NCBI GenBank assembly: GCA_009602725.1
Contig: WELB01000016.1
Location: 931,790 to 960,241 of the forward strand
Length of the DNA stretch: 28,452 nucleotides
Direction of reading: 5' to 3'
Source: Spirogloea muscicola
Taxonomy: Eukaryota
The notes under the pieces are model-generated. The model worked only from the letters and a program-made list of their open reading frames with translations, made no database searches and had not been told where the DNA came from. Position numbers and translations under genes: made by a program. Each line of letters starts with the position of its first letter. The first letter of the stretch is position 1. Positions 1-11,370 of this stretch are shown piece by piece.

Positions 1-378
1 CGGGTAACGCTCGACACAGCTCCGCCGCGTCCGCGAGCGCCGAGCGCCCCAGGAGCGTCGCCAGCCGGCCACCACGTCGCTGTGCATGCAGACGAGGCTG
101 GGCGTCAATGGTGGCACCAATGGTGGCGACGACGGCGAGGCAGGAGCTCGAGCGACAGCAGGTCGCGGCGGGAATAGGGAGACCTGGCACTCCGCCTCGG
201 CCTGGCCGAATGACGCCGGGCCGGGCGCCGCCAGCAGGCACGCCCCGGAGCGGGGCCCCGGCGCGAAGCCCGGCAGGCAGGCGCCGCCCCCAGGCGAAGC
301 CGCGTCCCGGGCGCCGTCCGCCATTGCGGCCGACAGAGTCAAGAGCACAGCAGCCGCCGCCGCCGCCGTGACCGCCAT
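1..378 (-). CDS. Paralog A (partial): exons 1-2 of the secreted C-type-lectin/LRX multi-LRR protein, continuing off the left edge
   Basis: ATG at 378-376 in a GCC-ATG context. Exon 1 (378-184, 195 nt) reads MAVTAAAAAAVLLTLSAAMADG...CLPGFAPGPRSGACLLAAPGPASFGQAEAECQ and ends at a GT donor. Exon 2 begins at 79 after a CAG acceptor (RRGGRLATLLGR...). Nearly collinear with 7800-8176. Confidence 0.85.
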   Translation of the reverse strand, partial: MAVTAAAAAAVLLTLSAAMADGARDAASPGGGACLPGFAPGPRSGACLLAAPGPASFGQAEAECQVSLFPPRPAVARAPASPSSPPLVPPLTPSLVCMHSDVVAGWRRSWGARRSRTRRSCVERYP

Positions 379-644
379 GGCCGCGCGCGCCCAGGAGGCG
401 GCTCTCTCAGTGTCTCGGCCACAGTCAGTCTCCCCGAGATGCGCCCGAGCGGGCCAGCCTGTGCCGCCGGATCTGGCCCATCCACAGTACCGCGATCTCT
501 GAGAGGGCGGCCAAGCCGCAGTGACCGTCGGATTTGATCCTACGACGCTGCGCGAAGCTCCCACTTTTCTCCGGGTCAATCGAAAGTCCGGCACTTTCTC
601 GCGGGGCTAGCTCGCCCGCCTTCCCGCCACCTCGTGCAATTGAC

Positions 645-653
645 GCCACGTGG
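645..653. promoter_or_regulatory. G-box/ABRE-like GCCACGTGG with an adjacent TGACG motif, ~270 bp upstream of the paralog A ATG
   Basis: The sequence is ttgacgccacgtggaa (640-655), inside a block conserved with the paralog B upstream region. B has ttgacgctgcgtggaa, so the G-box is lost there. Function not shown. Confidence 0.35.
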
Positions 654-709
654 AAGCTTGTGGATCGATGAAAAGTCCGGAGGTCCCCAAGCCCGGGCCT
701 CTCCTTTTT

Positions 710-860
710 TTCCCTTCCGGCTGCTAGTCTTCCGGATGTGCGGCTCCTCACTCGTGGTTACTAAGTGACCCATCCTACCCAAGGACACTGAGACAGAAGA
801 AAGACGCTTCCAGGAAACGGGCGGTGGCTCGCAGAGGCCAGCCCAGGAAAAAAAGTAATG
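710..860. mobile_element. Two short non-LTR retroposon 3'-end fragments (+ strand ~710-780; - strand ~790-860)
   Basis: The + fragment reads ...SLPDVRLLTRGY* (ctcgtggttactaag), followed by gtgacccatcc as in the 9066-9250 family. The - fragment is the reverse complement of the 8880-8945 family (cctgggctggcctct...gccaccgc...cctggaagcgtc). Confidence 0.65.
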
Positions 861-1869
861 CTCTGCGACAGCCCTTTTGGCCTCATTGCCTCATTTCCCC
901 CCCCACGATCAGCATCAATGCTCCTAAGGGTGGGAGTCAGCACCTCTTGTTCGGGTGACTTGGTGATCCAACAATCTTTTGTTGATTTCAAGGGTTCACT
1001 GGTTGAAAGGATCAGGGGTTGTAAAGGTTCTACAACATACGTTGCTCAAGAAGTAGGAGGTAGGCATCCACTTGGACTTTAGCTAGGTGCTTGCGCCAGC
1101 AAGGCCCGCACTGGTGGGTGTAATCATCAAAGCATCTCATTGCAAAAGCCCTTAAAATCAAGCGATTGATTGCAATGACGCTTTGCCGTGCGCGTGCAGA
1201 AGCAGGCAAGCAAACTTGGAAACCTGCGCTACAGGGGCTACAAACAAGTCACGCCAAACTGAGCTGCAAGTACAGTGTCCCTTGCTGCATGTGCGGCAGC
1301 ACTCCCAGGCAGCTGCACTGAGAACCTCATGGCATGCTCATTGCAAATAACTCGACAACCTCAATCAGCCCATGTAGTCAAGAACCTGACTACAGATGCA
1401 AACAGCAAGTGCAAGCAGAGGAAGCAAGGAATCCAAATGACCTGCATCTCTCTTATTATCAAATGACTTTGAAAGCATTGCAAGATCGTAAAGCATTGCT
1501 GTAGTTAGCTGATTTTGAATGCATATACAGGTACTCACAAATGTCAACAGTACCAACAACCTCCATTTAGGGCGCTTTTGACATCATGCATGAGACATGA
1601 TGCAACAAGGATTGTCTTGAGAGCTGATAGAGCAAGATATGCCACTTAGCAGATCACCACACTGATGTGGGCAGCATGCTTGAGGTCCAGAGGTGTTTTA
1701 GTTATATTATAGCCGGCTAGGAGATGGAGCGACTACATAGCCAGAGCAATCGCTATACGGTCTTTGATCTGCTGGCATGTTATCCACTGTCACATTGATA
1801 TAATTGAAGCTGATGTCAACGATTACCGCTGTTGCTACTGCAGGGAAGCTGGTGAGGAAGTTGTCACTC

Positions 1870-2439
1870 AATTCCAGGATGTATAATGAGGTCAAGTAGG
1901 CAATGACAGCCGGGACAGGCCCGCTCAGCTGGTTGTCATCGAGATAAAGATAATTTAAGCTGACGCAGCCCACAAAAGAGTCTGGGAGGGCCCCACTCAG
2001 CTGATTGCCGCTGAGGTCCAGGTTGGATAGCCTGTCCAGATTGCCTATGTCCTTTGGTAGAGGTCCGCTGAGCTGGTTGTCCTTAAGCCGAAGGTCTGAG
2101 AGGAAGAGCAATCTGGATGTGACAAATGCTGGGATGGATCCGTAGAGGAAGGTGCCACTCAAGTCCAGGACGGATAATGAGGTCAAGTTGCCAATGACAG
2201 CCGGGACAGGCCCGTTCAGCTGGTTGTCATGGAGGTCAAGATAATTTGAGCTGATGCAGCCCACAAAAGACTCTGGGAGGGCCCCACTTAGCAGATTGCC
2301 ACTGAGGTCCAGGTTGGATAGCATGTCCAGATTGCCTATGTCTGTTGGTAGAGGTCCGCTGAGCTGGTTGTTGCTGAGATCGAGGTCTGTGAGGAGGAGC
2401 AATCTGGATGTGACAAATGCTGGGATGGACCCGTAGAGG
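1870..2439 (-). repeat. 291-bp-period (97-codon, four-LRR) internal tandem duplication in the last exon of paralog B
   Basis: LYGSIPAFVTSRLL...GPVPAVI..LTSL occurs twice. ataatgaggtcaagt lies at 1883 and 2174, an offset of 291. Confidence 0.9.
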
Positions 2440-2636
2440 CCAAGACTCGGAAGATAAAGCTCTTGTAGGGTTGTCAGACTTGTCAATGTCGTTGGGAATG
2501 GGCGACCACCGGCATTGGATAGGAAGCTCAGATCAAGATACGTGACGTGCCCAAAGTAGTCACAATTGAGCTGGGCAATGTTGCAGTTCTCGGGGCAGCC
2601 AGCGCAAGGGTCAACGGCGTTGCTTGAATTCCAATC

Positions 2637-2670
2637 CAACTCAACTGGATTACCAACTCAACTGGATTAC
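2637..2670. repeat. Perfect 17-bp tandem duplication (caactcaactggattac x2) causing a frameshift
   Basis: Copies at 2637-2653 and 2654-2670. Removing one restores ELGNPVELDWNS, matching ELGDPPELLWDE in paralog C. Confidence 0.92.
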
Positions 2671-5600
2671 CAAGCTCAACCTTGAGAGCGAGGAGGCTGG
2701 CTATGGATGTCGGCGGGAGCGCTGCTAGCTCATAGAAGGCAAAGCAATCTTGCCAATCGCGTTGTCCAGGAATGGACACGCCCTTGCTCACCCCTAAGTA
2801 GTTGTCTACGTCGTCATAGCCGAATTGAGTGGTGGCTGCACCCATGAAGTAATTTAAGTAGATATTGTAGTTGTAGCCCCGGCTGGAGGCCCACAATGTC
2901 GCCAGAGAAATGGTTCGCGCTGACGTCGAGCTCAGTCAGCGATTGGAGACCGAGGACGACTTGGATGTTGCCAGATAATGTATTTGAAGATAAGTCGAGG
3001 TGGTTAAGGAGCGGCAGTGAGCCCAGCGCTGCAGGAATGGGCCCCTGCAGCTGATTATTTGCCAGATGCAGGGTTGTCAGCATCTCCAAATTCCCCAGAG
3101 ATGCTGGGATCTCGCCTGTGAGAAGGTTATCCCCCAGGTCCCTAGCCACAGGCAAAGCTTGGCGAGCATCAGCAACTCTGAAGCGGCATCTATACACAGA
3201 CTACTGGCTTGACATGGCCAACGTTGGAACCAAAGAAGTATGCCATGGCCCTTCGACCAATGTCATCACTTCATGACTTGACTCTTGTGAGAGGAAGTAC
3301 TGGCCCAAGCCATACCTGAATGCCTTAAATGAATCTATGCGGAATTAACATGCAAGAAATCTGCCCACAATTCCGAGCCTGGGATCCTCCTCAGACCTAA
3401 GCCCAAGCCCTGAATGCTGGGGTGAGAGGGAGGTGCAAAGAATGTGCAATTACTCATTTCGCACGCACGCCATTGCATATGTTGGAGCCTCACAAGATTT
3501 GCATGTTGGCGAGATTGCCAAGCTCCGGTGGGATGGCGCCAGTCAAGCCTTGGAATGGCAGCGATAGCTGCTGAAGGCTGGCGAGGCTGCCAAGGCTGGC
3601 CGGAATGCCGCCGGAGGGGTAATAACCAGTGCCTTCAAGATTGACCCCAATCACAGAGGCTTGGTCGTCGCAAGTCACTCCAGACCATGCACATGATGCT
3701 TCTGTGCCAGGGACGCAGCCATCGCAGGGGTTGGACGTATTCCAGGTGGCGACTTGAACTGACGTATTGATGACCACCACCTTGAGCTCCAAGAGGATTG
3801 CCAGTTGGTCGAGCAATGGGCCGGGTGTACTCGGCGGTGGGGGAGGCGCTGGCGGCGGTAAGACTGGTGGGGATGGCGGCGGCGGCGGTGGTGGTGGCGG
3901 CGGCGGCGGTGGTGGCGGCATCGGCGGCAACGGAGGGGACGGCGGCGATGGTGACGGCGGAGGGGGTGGCACCATGAATGGTGGTGGCAACGGTGGCTGC
4001 AGGGGAGGCTGTTGTGGTGGCGGTGATGGTGGGGGAGGTGTTGGAGGAGGAAGCACCACTGAGGGCGACGGCGGCGGAGGCGACGACTGGGCTAGCGGGG
4101 GTGGGAATGGTGGCAAGATGGACAATGGTGGCGGTGGCGGCAGGGGAGGAGATGGGGGAGGAGGTGGTGACCGAGGGGCCAAAGGCGACGTTGGAACTGG
4201 AGGCGGTGTTGGGGATAAATGGGGCAGCGGGGGGGGCGGAGAAAGCGACTCCGGAGGCGGCACTTTTGGTGCCGGTGGAAGGGTACCACTCTGGGCGATG
4301 GCTGGTTCAGTGGTGGCAGGGATAGTGGGGAGAATGGCGGCGGACGTGGCGTCGGCGGGAGCTCAGGTGCCGGCAGTGGCGGTGCCAATGGCGGCAGCAA
4401 CGGCGGGCTGAGCTCCGGCGACGGCGATGGTGGCGGCAACAGTTGAGATGGGGCTGTTGGGGGCGAAAGTGGAGAGGCCGGTGATGCTCCAGTAAGAGGC
4501 GGCGGTGGTGGAGGTAGGGCTGGTAGCGATGGCAGTGGCGGCGGACTGGATGGGGGCTGCAACAGTGGGGATGATATTGTTGGCGAGGGTGATGTTGATA
4601 GCGCTTGTGGAGAGAGCAACGGAGGTGGAGGTGGGGATAGCAGCGGAACTGGGGTTGGCGGTTGCAGAACTGCACCCACTGTGGCAGCAAAATACGCATT
4701 TGCGATGTCAACAGGTGGCCCTAGTGATTAGCCACACTACTGAAGATATGGCACAGATTGTACTAACAATATCTGACAGCGTTGACAGCCCGTACCCCCG
4801 TCACTATTCGAAGTAACACTTGAGCAGCTGTTGACCACCAACCTGTGGAGTCAGCTTACTGTGAAAGCAAGAGAGAGGCCTAGACTGGATGCCAATTACC
4901 AGGAGGTGGTGGGCCAAATGCCTGGCAGTGACCGCTGCTGCAATCCTCGCCAATGACAATGTCGATTGTTGTATTGGGCGGCGGCTTGCCCACAAAGAAA
5001 TTGTCTTCATAGTTGAATAGCTGCAAGAGCAGAGCAATGCCTTAAGCTCAGCACGCGACACGAGGAAGAAGCACCAAGGCAAGAAGCAGCAGCCGCACTG
5101 GGCATGCTCTTTGGCATACCAGCCGAGGAACATACAGAGATGACTAGCCCCAAGCAGCTCGCCCCATGCTGCTAGGTCCAAGGAGTGTTAGTGTTGGTCA
5201 ACCTGCAACTTTGGCTTTCTTGGCAAAAGGGCACATAAGTGGGAGATGTACCTGCAGATTGGGTAAGAAGAACACCCCCGAGGTGGTGATGTTGCCTGCG
5301 AAGCGGTTGCCCGCAATGTCCAGCTGGAGGCCACGCTGCGAGTCCCCGTCAGAGCTGTTCAGGGCAGAATAACAGCAACGAGGAACACAACAAGTTGGCC
5401 AGTCACCTGGACGAGGCTTGTGAGATTGCCGATGTTGAGGGGGAGGCCGCCGTTGAGGCGGTTGTCGGCAAAGTTGAGTACAAGCGTGGAGCGGAGCTGC
5501 GTGATGGTTGCGGGGAGGCCACCAATGAGGCCGTTGTCGAGCAGCACAAGCTCCGACAACGTGGACGCGAGCTGCCCAATGCTGGCGGCCGCCGAGCGCG

Positions 5601-7799
5601 TTGTGGGCGAGAACGGCGAGCGAGACCGGGAGGGAGCCCAGATTGTTCGGAATTGGCTCCTTGAGGGCATTGTTGTTCACTGCGAGCACGTCCAACCGCG
5701 TGCTGAATAGCGATGGTGGAAGCACGCCTGTGAAGCTGTTGTGGCGCAGGTCCAGGAAACGCAGGGCAGGCAGTGCTGTGACCCACAGCGGCAGCGGGCC
5801 CGACAGGAGGTTGAGCGAGAAGTCAATCTCGGCGAGCAGACTCAGTCCGCTTAGATCTGGCAGTGCGCCGACAAAGAAGTTCTGGCTTGCATGAATGAAG
5901 CCCAGGTCCTGCGCACAATGGTCAACCAGAGGAGCCATAAGACCCACATGGACATGTTCACAGATTGATACAGCTGTCAAAGTCTTTTTTTTGCATGCCC
6001 TCACTCTTTCCCCTCCAGCCATCTTCACTTTCTGTCCCTTCTGCCCTTTCTGCGCTGCCCTTATCCTCCGGTTGTTCTGATGGAGATTGAGGTCTTGCAA
6101 GCCGCCAGGTCACACCAACAAGCTCGACCTTGCCAGGCTGTGAAGTCTCTGCAAGGCACTGCTCATTCACGCAGCAGCAGAGTTGCGGTTTCGCATGCTG
6201 AGAGGAGAGCTCCCGGTGCTCACTGGGAGGTTGCGCAGGAACTGCGGAACGTAGCCATGAAGGCCAAAGCCGTTGAGGTCCAGGCCAGTGACGACCATCT
6301 GAGGCTGCGCCGCCACAGCCCTGACTGCCAGTGTGGCCCCAATTGCTGAGGCCTCTGCTGGGAGGCTGGCGGCGGCCACAGCCTGGTCCTCACAGTAGAC
6401 GCCATTCCAACTTGAGGCACATGGTGTGGTACCGATCCAGTTGGTGAGGTAGCCGTGGGGGTCGCGCACAGCGGCCTTGAAGGCCAGTAGCGACACCCCC
6501 GCCTGGGCCTGCTTACTCACAGAGGGAGGAGGGGGGTTGGCCTTTCTAGGAGGGGGTGTGGAGGGCTTCAGTGGCAGAGGACGGAAAGGCTTCTTCGGTG
6601 ATGGCGGTGGCGCCGGCGCCCTCGGTGGGGACCTGTGCGTCTTGGGCGGAGGCGAGTGTGGCAGTGGAGGCGGTTGTAGCTTTAGCAATGGAGGCGAGTG
6701 CCGCTTGGGAGGAGGCGAGCGGCGAGGAGGTGGTGGCAATGACTGCCGCTTGGGTGAAGGAGGCCTGCTTGATGGTGGAGGCGACTGCGGCTTCTTCGGT
6801 GGCGCCCTCCCTGTAGGGGGTGGCATCTGCGGCGGCTACAGCGGCACCACAGTACCGAGCCGTATCAGTGTCGGCAATCTTCTGATACTATTTCCTGCAG
6901 CAGGCCCTATTGGGTGCAGGCCCAACTTCTGCAGACAAAGCCCAAGCTCTCATAATGCTCGCAGGGCTGCAGCAAGCAGAGCGGGCATCCCTCACAAAGC
7001 AGCGGATGTGGTGGTGGCCAGGGTGGTGATTGCAGCTGTGCCGCGGTCTGCCATCGTGCTTCGTGCCGCCCGGCGTGTTCTTCGACTTCGTCTTAGTCTT
7101 CTTTGTCTTCTTCTTTGTCTTTGACGTCTTCGCCTCCACACTCAAGTGTCGCCGCTCACCGCCACTACCAGCGCCGTGGGCTTGGCCGACGCCAAGCAGC
7201 ACCTTGAAGAGGCCCTGGGAGGTGGCACTGCCGGTGAATGACAGCGTGGCACTGCAAGCCGACTGCGAGCAGATGGATGGCGCTGTCGAGGCGCACGCCA
7301 CTGGGACCAGGCCGGCGTGGGCCTTACCGGCCTCTGGCACCACATGAGCACAGCGGCCCATTGCCTTTGCTGCTGCTGCGGCTGCCTGCTGCAGCTCGTC
7401 CTGCTGCCACCATCTCAGTGGCCGCACTGCATGCCAACCACCACAGTCTTCAGCAGTGGGATCGTTCCTTTGCGGCGCAAGCCACAGGGCGGGAGCGAGT
7501 GAGCGCCAAGTTGGGTGCAGTGGAGCTCACCAGCTGCCGTTGGAGAGGCTGCTGACGGCGTCGTAGTGGCCAGCCACAGGTCCGTGGAGAAGGCCGCGCA
7601 GGGCTCCGTCCACCTCCATGGCGGGCCTGCGCAGGGGGCGCCCGTCTTGACGAAAGCGGTACATAACCACTTGGGCCTTTCTGCAGCACGAGCTGATGGG
7701 AGTTGCATACTGGTATACCGAGAGCTGCGCACCTGGCTCTGGCCCACGGGTGGCGCCCACGAGGCAGCCGCTGCTGCTCCCACCATCGCCAGCGCCGCC

Positions 7800-8621
7800 G
7801 GGTAACGCTCGACACAGCTCCGCCGCGTCCTCGAGCGTCGAGCGCCCCAGGAGCGTCGTTAGCCGGCCACCACGTCGCTGTGCATGCAGACGAGGTAGGG
7901 CGTCAATGGTGGCACCAATGGGGCCGACGACGGCGGGGCAAGAGCTCTAGCGACAGCAGGTCGCGGCGGGAATAAAGAGACCTGGCACTCCGCCTCGGCC
8001 TGCTCGAAGGAGGCCGGGCCCCGTGCCACCAGCAGGCACGCCCCAGAGCGCGGCCCCGGCGCGAAGCCCGGCAGGCAGGCGCCGCCGCCAGGCGAAGTTG
8101 CCGTCCGGGCGCCATCCGCCATTGCGGCCGACAGAGTCAAGAGCACCGCCGTCGCCGCCGCCGCCGTGACAGTCATGGCCGCGCGCGCCGAGGAGGCGGC
8201 TCTCCAGTGGTCTCAGCTACAGTCTCCGGGATGCGGGAGAAGAGCACGAGCTGGCCAGTCTGTGCCGTCGGATCTGCCCCACCGACGAGAAAGTCGATCT
8301 CCGCGGGCGGCCAGGAGCCGCAGCAACCGTCGGATTTATGATCGCACGATGTTGCAGAGCTCCTCAGAAAGTCAATAGGAAGTACGGGGCTCAATTCGCA
8401 GGAAAGAAAGTGCTCGCCCATAGAGAAGAGGGGCTGGCAAAGCCCCTCGTCGCAGGGTGCACCGGAATTCTTTTCGGGCTGGCTTTTCACAGCCCTTGCC
8501 CCCATTGGGCGAGCCACTTCTTCTCCTCGCAGGGCAGCCCGCCCGCCTTCCAGCCTCGTGCACTTGACGCTGCGTGGAATCTGGTTCAACACTAACTCCG
8601 GAGGTCACAAGCCCGGGCCTC
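7800..8621. repeat. Segmental duplicate of 1-702 (exons 1-2, intron 1 and upstream region), ~7.8-kb tandem period
   Basis: cgggtaacgctcgacacagctcc... at 1 and 7800. Similarity runs through intron 1 and upstream to aagcccgggcctct (~701 and ~8621), interrupted in B by insertions at 8403-8526. Confidence 0.9.
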
Positions 8622-9756
8622 TGCGGTACTCGATGTTTTTTGGGTTACTGAGTGCTTCGTAGCTGCTTAGTTTCTGCTTTTGCTTGTTTTTCTTAGTGCT
8701 TTCCCTGGCCCCTTCTCGTCCTTTCTTCATTCTTTTGCTTGGGCTGGCCTTTCCCAGCCCCTATCTTCAATAGGCGAGCCCTTCTTCTTCTCCTGCTCCG
8801 GCTCAGCAGATGTCACGGAGTGTTTCGTAACTAATTGATTCCCTGTGTGCTGTAGCGCTTTCCCTGGCCCCTTCGAACTTTGTTACTTCTTTTTCCTGGG
8901 CTGGCCTCTCACAGCCACCGCACTCTCCTGGAAGCGTCCTTCTCTCCTGCTTGTTTGAACTTTGTATTGGCTTAATTTCTCACTCTTTCATTACATGCGC
9001 ACGATGCGCCTTCCAGTAAAGAATGGGGATCGACAGAGGCTGGATCCGAAGCACTCATTGGGTCAAAGAGAAGTGGCACTCCCAATGGGGGCAAGGGTTG
9101 TGAAAAGCCAGCCCGAAAAGATTTGACAGAGGTCCGAAGGGGCCAAATGACGGAGGAGCCTAAAAAGCGCTAAGCAGCTACGAAGGGGCCTGAAGATGCC
9201 ATGTCAGAACGGGGGAGGATGGACCACTCAGTAGCTACGAGTGAGGAGCCTCAAATCCGACAAACTAGCTGCCGGAAACTTATTCCCCTGCTGAAAGCCG
9301 CAGCAAGAGCACGGCCAGCACGCAGATGCAAGGCGTGGGCCATGGACCGCTGAAGGGAGACTGACAATTGCATGCGGTATACCTGGGCCCACGAGCCAGC
9401 GGCATTGAAGTCAGCCGGCTCACCGCGCCTGCGGGACACAGCGCGCCGCGCAAGCCTGGCCAGCAGGTCGAGCCACTGGGACCCGAGAGCCCCGTGCAAA
9501 GAGAGGAACAAGCCAACGGTTGAAAGTGCCAAGAGTTCAAAATTGGGGTCAGGGGTCCCAATCAGCCTGCTTCTCCCTACTGTGTTGTCCATCCTCCCCC
9601 GGTCCTGATATAGCATCTTCAGGCCCCTTCGTAGCTGCTAAGCGTTTTTGGCCCCTCCGTCATTTGGCCCCTCCGAACCTTTGTCAATTTATCCCAGGCT
9701 GGCTTCTTCTTCTTTTCACAGCCCTTGCCCCCCTTGAGAGAGCCACTACTTCTTCT
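8403..9756. mobile_element. Cluster of at least six 5'-truncated RLE-type (CRE/R2-group-like) retroposon 3' ends upstream of paralog B
   Basis: Hairpin GGGCTGGC-N-CAGCC at 8476, 8741, 8898 and 9696 (+) and at 8431 (partial) and 9095-9114 (-), each followed by a second hairpin and a CTT-rich tail. TSD-like repeats: tcgcagg (8396, 8450, 8527) and tctcctgct (8789-8797, 8943-8951). Confidence 0.75.
9251..9545 (-). pseudogene. C-terminal remnant of a restriction-like endonuclease (RLE) non-LTR retrotransposon ORF
   Basis: Two frames join as HFQPLA..SLHGALGSQWLDLLARLARRA...YRMQLSVSLQRSMAHALHLRAGRALA. This fits the FxPLAx..G..G.....L..LA...LSVxLQR pattern at the end of CRE/R2-group RLE ORFs. Recognised by motif, not by database search. 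Confidence 0.65.
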
Positions 9757-10804
9757 TCTGCTTCTCCCCCCTAATGAGTATCCATCGAGGTGTCGCGGTC
9801 CTGCCTCCCGCCTCATGGCGTCCGGCCACTCGCCACAGGCCCTCACAGAATGTGCACCCGACGCCGCCGCCTCCGCCGCTGGAGTCGCCGCCGATCGCGG
9901 GGACCGGTTCCTAATCAAGGGAGATTCGGGCACCCAGAGAAATTGCTTGAGAAGGAACCCCCCACGGCCTACCACTAGTCAATCACCACAAAAGGTCTAC
10001 TACTGATGGAGTCATTATTCTGAGTCGTGCTTTCGTCGCCGTAGCGCGCGTTCCCGTTTCTCTTCATCACGCGCCGTAGTTCAGGTTTGCGCTTTGTCCA
10101 ATGTCGCGCGTCGTCCTTCGCCCGACTGGTGATGCGGTTAGCCTCCCCAGTACCCTCCAGCTATCATTCCCATGGTATTGATGTTTCAGCCGCATTACCT
10201 CGTTATACAGCTCTCCCCTAAAAGGCGTTGCGTACTCGCACGCCCATTTTCCCCTTGGCCTTAGCAACGGTAAGCGTTTACTAAATGCTTGGCGTTCTCG
10301 AGATTTTTGGCTGGTTCCCAGGAGTCATTGCTTTCATCAAAGCCTGTCCACCGAACAAGGAATGTCCATGTCCCATTTGTCGAAGTTTTGCCATCTATAA
10401 CCTCGTATTCCTCGTTGCCACTAGGCCCAATCATGGGTGGTTTCGTAGCTTGCCTTCCGGGAAAGGTCGCTTTGCCGGACTTCACGAAGTTGCTATACAT
10501 GAATTTTATCATGTAATTGCCAATCACCAGGCAACTTCATCCAGTCTTTTGGAGAGACATCTTTGACGACTTTGAGACGGTCCGGTGTGACAGGTAACAG
10601 CTTAGTCGAATAAGCGCCTTGTATCGGATATTACTGGTTGCCAACAGTACCGAGTCCCCGACGATTTTGGCTAGCTGTGCATGGCGGATGTGGTGTTTTG
10701 CTTTCCCCATATTATCCTTCAATGTCGGTAAGAACGCCTGACCAACAGGCTTAAGAGAAGGTTTGCCGGTCAGTGTTGACAAAGCTCAGAGGGTCCTTCA
10801 GATT

Positions 10805-11370
10805 CTTTTCAAAGTTAAGGAAAAATGTAATGAAGCAGCCGTTTGATTAAACCACGTGGCTCTGTTGGCATTACATGACCGGCCCACATGAGGCAAGTGG
10901 CCCGCCAGGAGGCGGGCCCCGCCCGTCCTAAAATACCCCTCGCCAGCATCACCCCTTTCAATGGAGGATCTTTGGCCCGCCTTGCGGCGGGCCATGGGGC
11001 GGCCGCTCACACCCCTGGAGGGGGGGTGGCACGGGGGGATGCACAGAAGAGTCTGAGGGGCTGAGGCTCGACAGGACTGCAAGCCGGGGAAGCCCGAGAG
11101 CAGCTTTGCCGCTGCTCGCCGCCGCAGCCGCTGCCGCAGCCTGCTGCGGGGCTCGTTGCGGGGAGTCCGTGGCTGCGCCCAGTCAAGGGCCAGTTGCTGG
11201 CTCGCGCCCAGGAGGTGGAGTAGCCGCCGGACAGCGGCGCCACAGGGCTCATCTTCCGCCGCGCTGATGCGCTAGTGCTGTGCCTGTGTAGTGGGTTGGT
11301 CCATAAACCCCTCACAGCCGAAGTCAACAAGGACTACTCACCCTAACTGCAATTGTAAGGCGAGGTTCCT
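10805..11370. mobile_element. ~560-bp unclassified GC-rich insertion splitting the Gypsy integrase
   Basis: The integrase reading stops after SFTPFFV (~11372) and resumes near KDPLS (~10800). The intervening DNA is GC-rich and not pol-like, with a ttgtaagg...ccttacaa hairpin at the right end. Boundaries are approximate. Confidence 0.5.

Larger units (their letters stand above)
1707..8176 (-). pseudogene. Paralog B: frameshifted C-type-lectin / Pro-rich / LRX-type multi-LRR gene
   Basis: Exons inferred from GT-AG sites and homology to copy C: 8176-7982, 7877-7733, 7626-7531, 7426-6996, 6835-6224, 5908-5407, 5323-5252, 5020-4900, 4678-3494, 3141-1707. Four lesions: an 8-bp deletion near 5590 (exon 502 nt vs 510 nt in C), a 1-nt frameshift near 4280, a frameshift near 2865, and a 17-bp tandem duplication at 2637-2670. 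Confidence 0.85.

Noticed and set aside
880..1080. Faint chromodomain-like remnant on the minus strand (EINKRLLDHQVTRTRG...W)
   Set aside because: Too short and interrupted by stops to call without a profile search.
8476..8495. GGGCTGGCTTTTCACAGCCC as a histone 3' stem-loop or a terminator
   Set aside because: There is no histone ORF, the loop geometry differs from the 6-bp stem/4-nt loop, and it always occurs within retroposon 3' ends.
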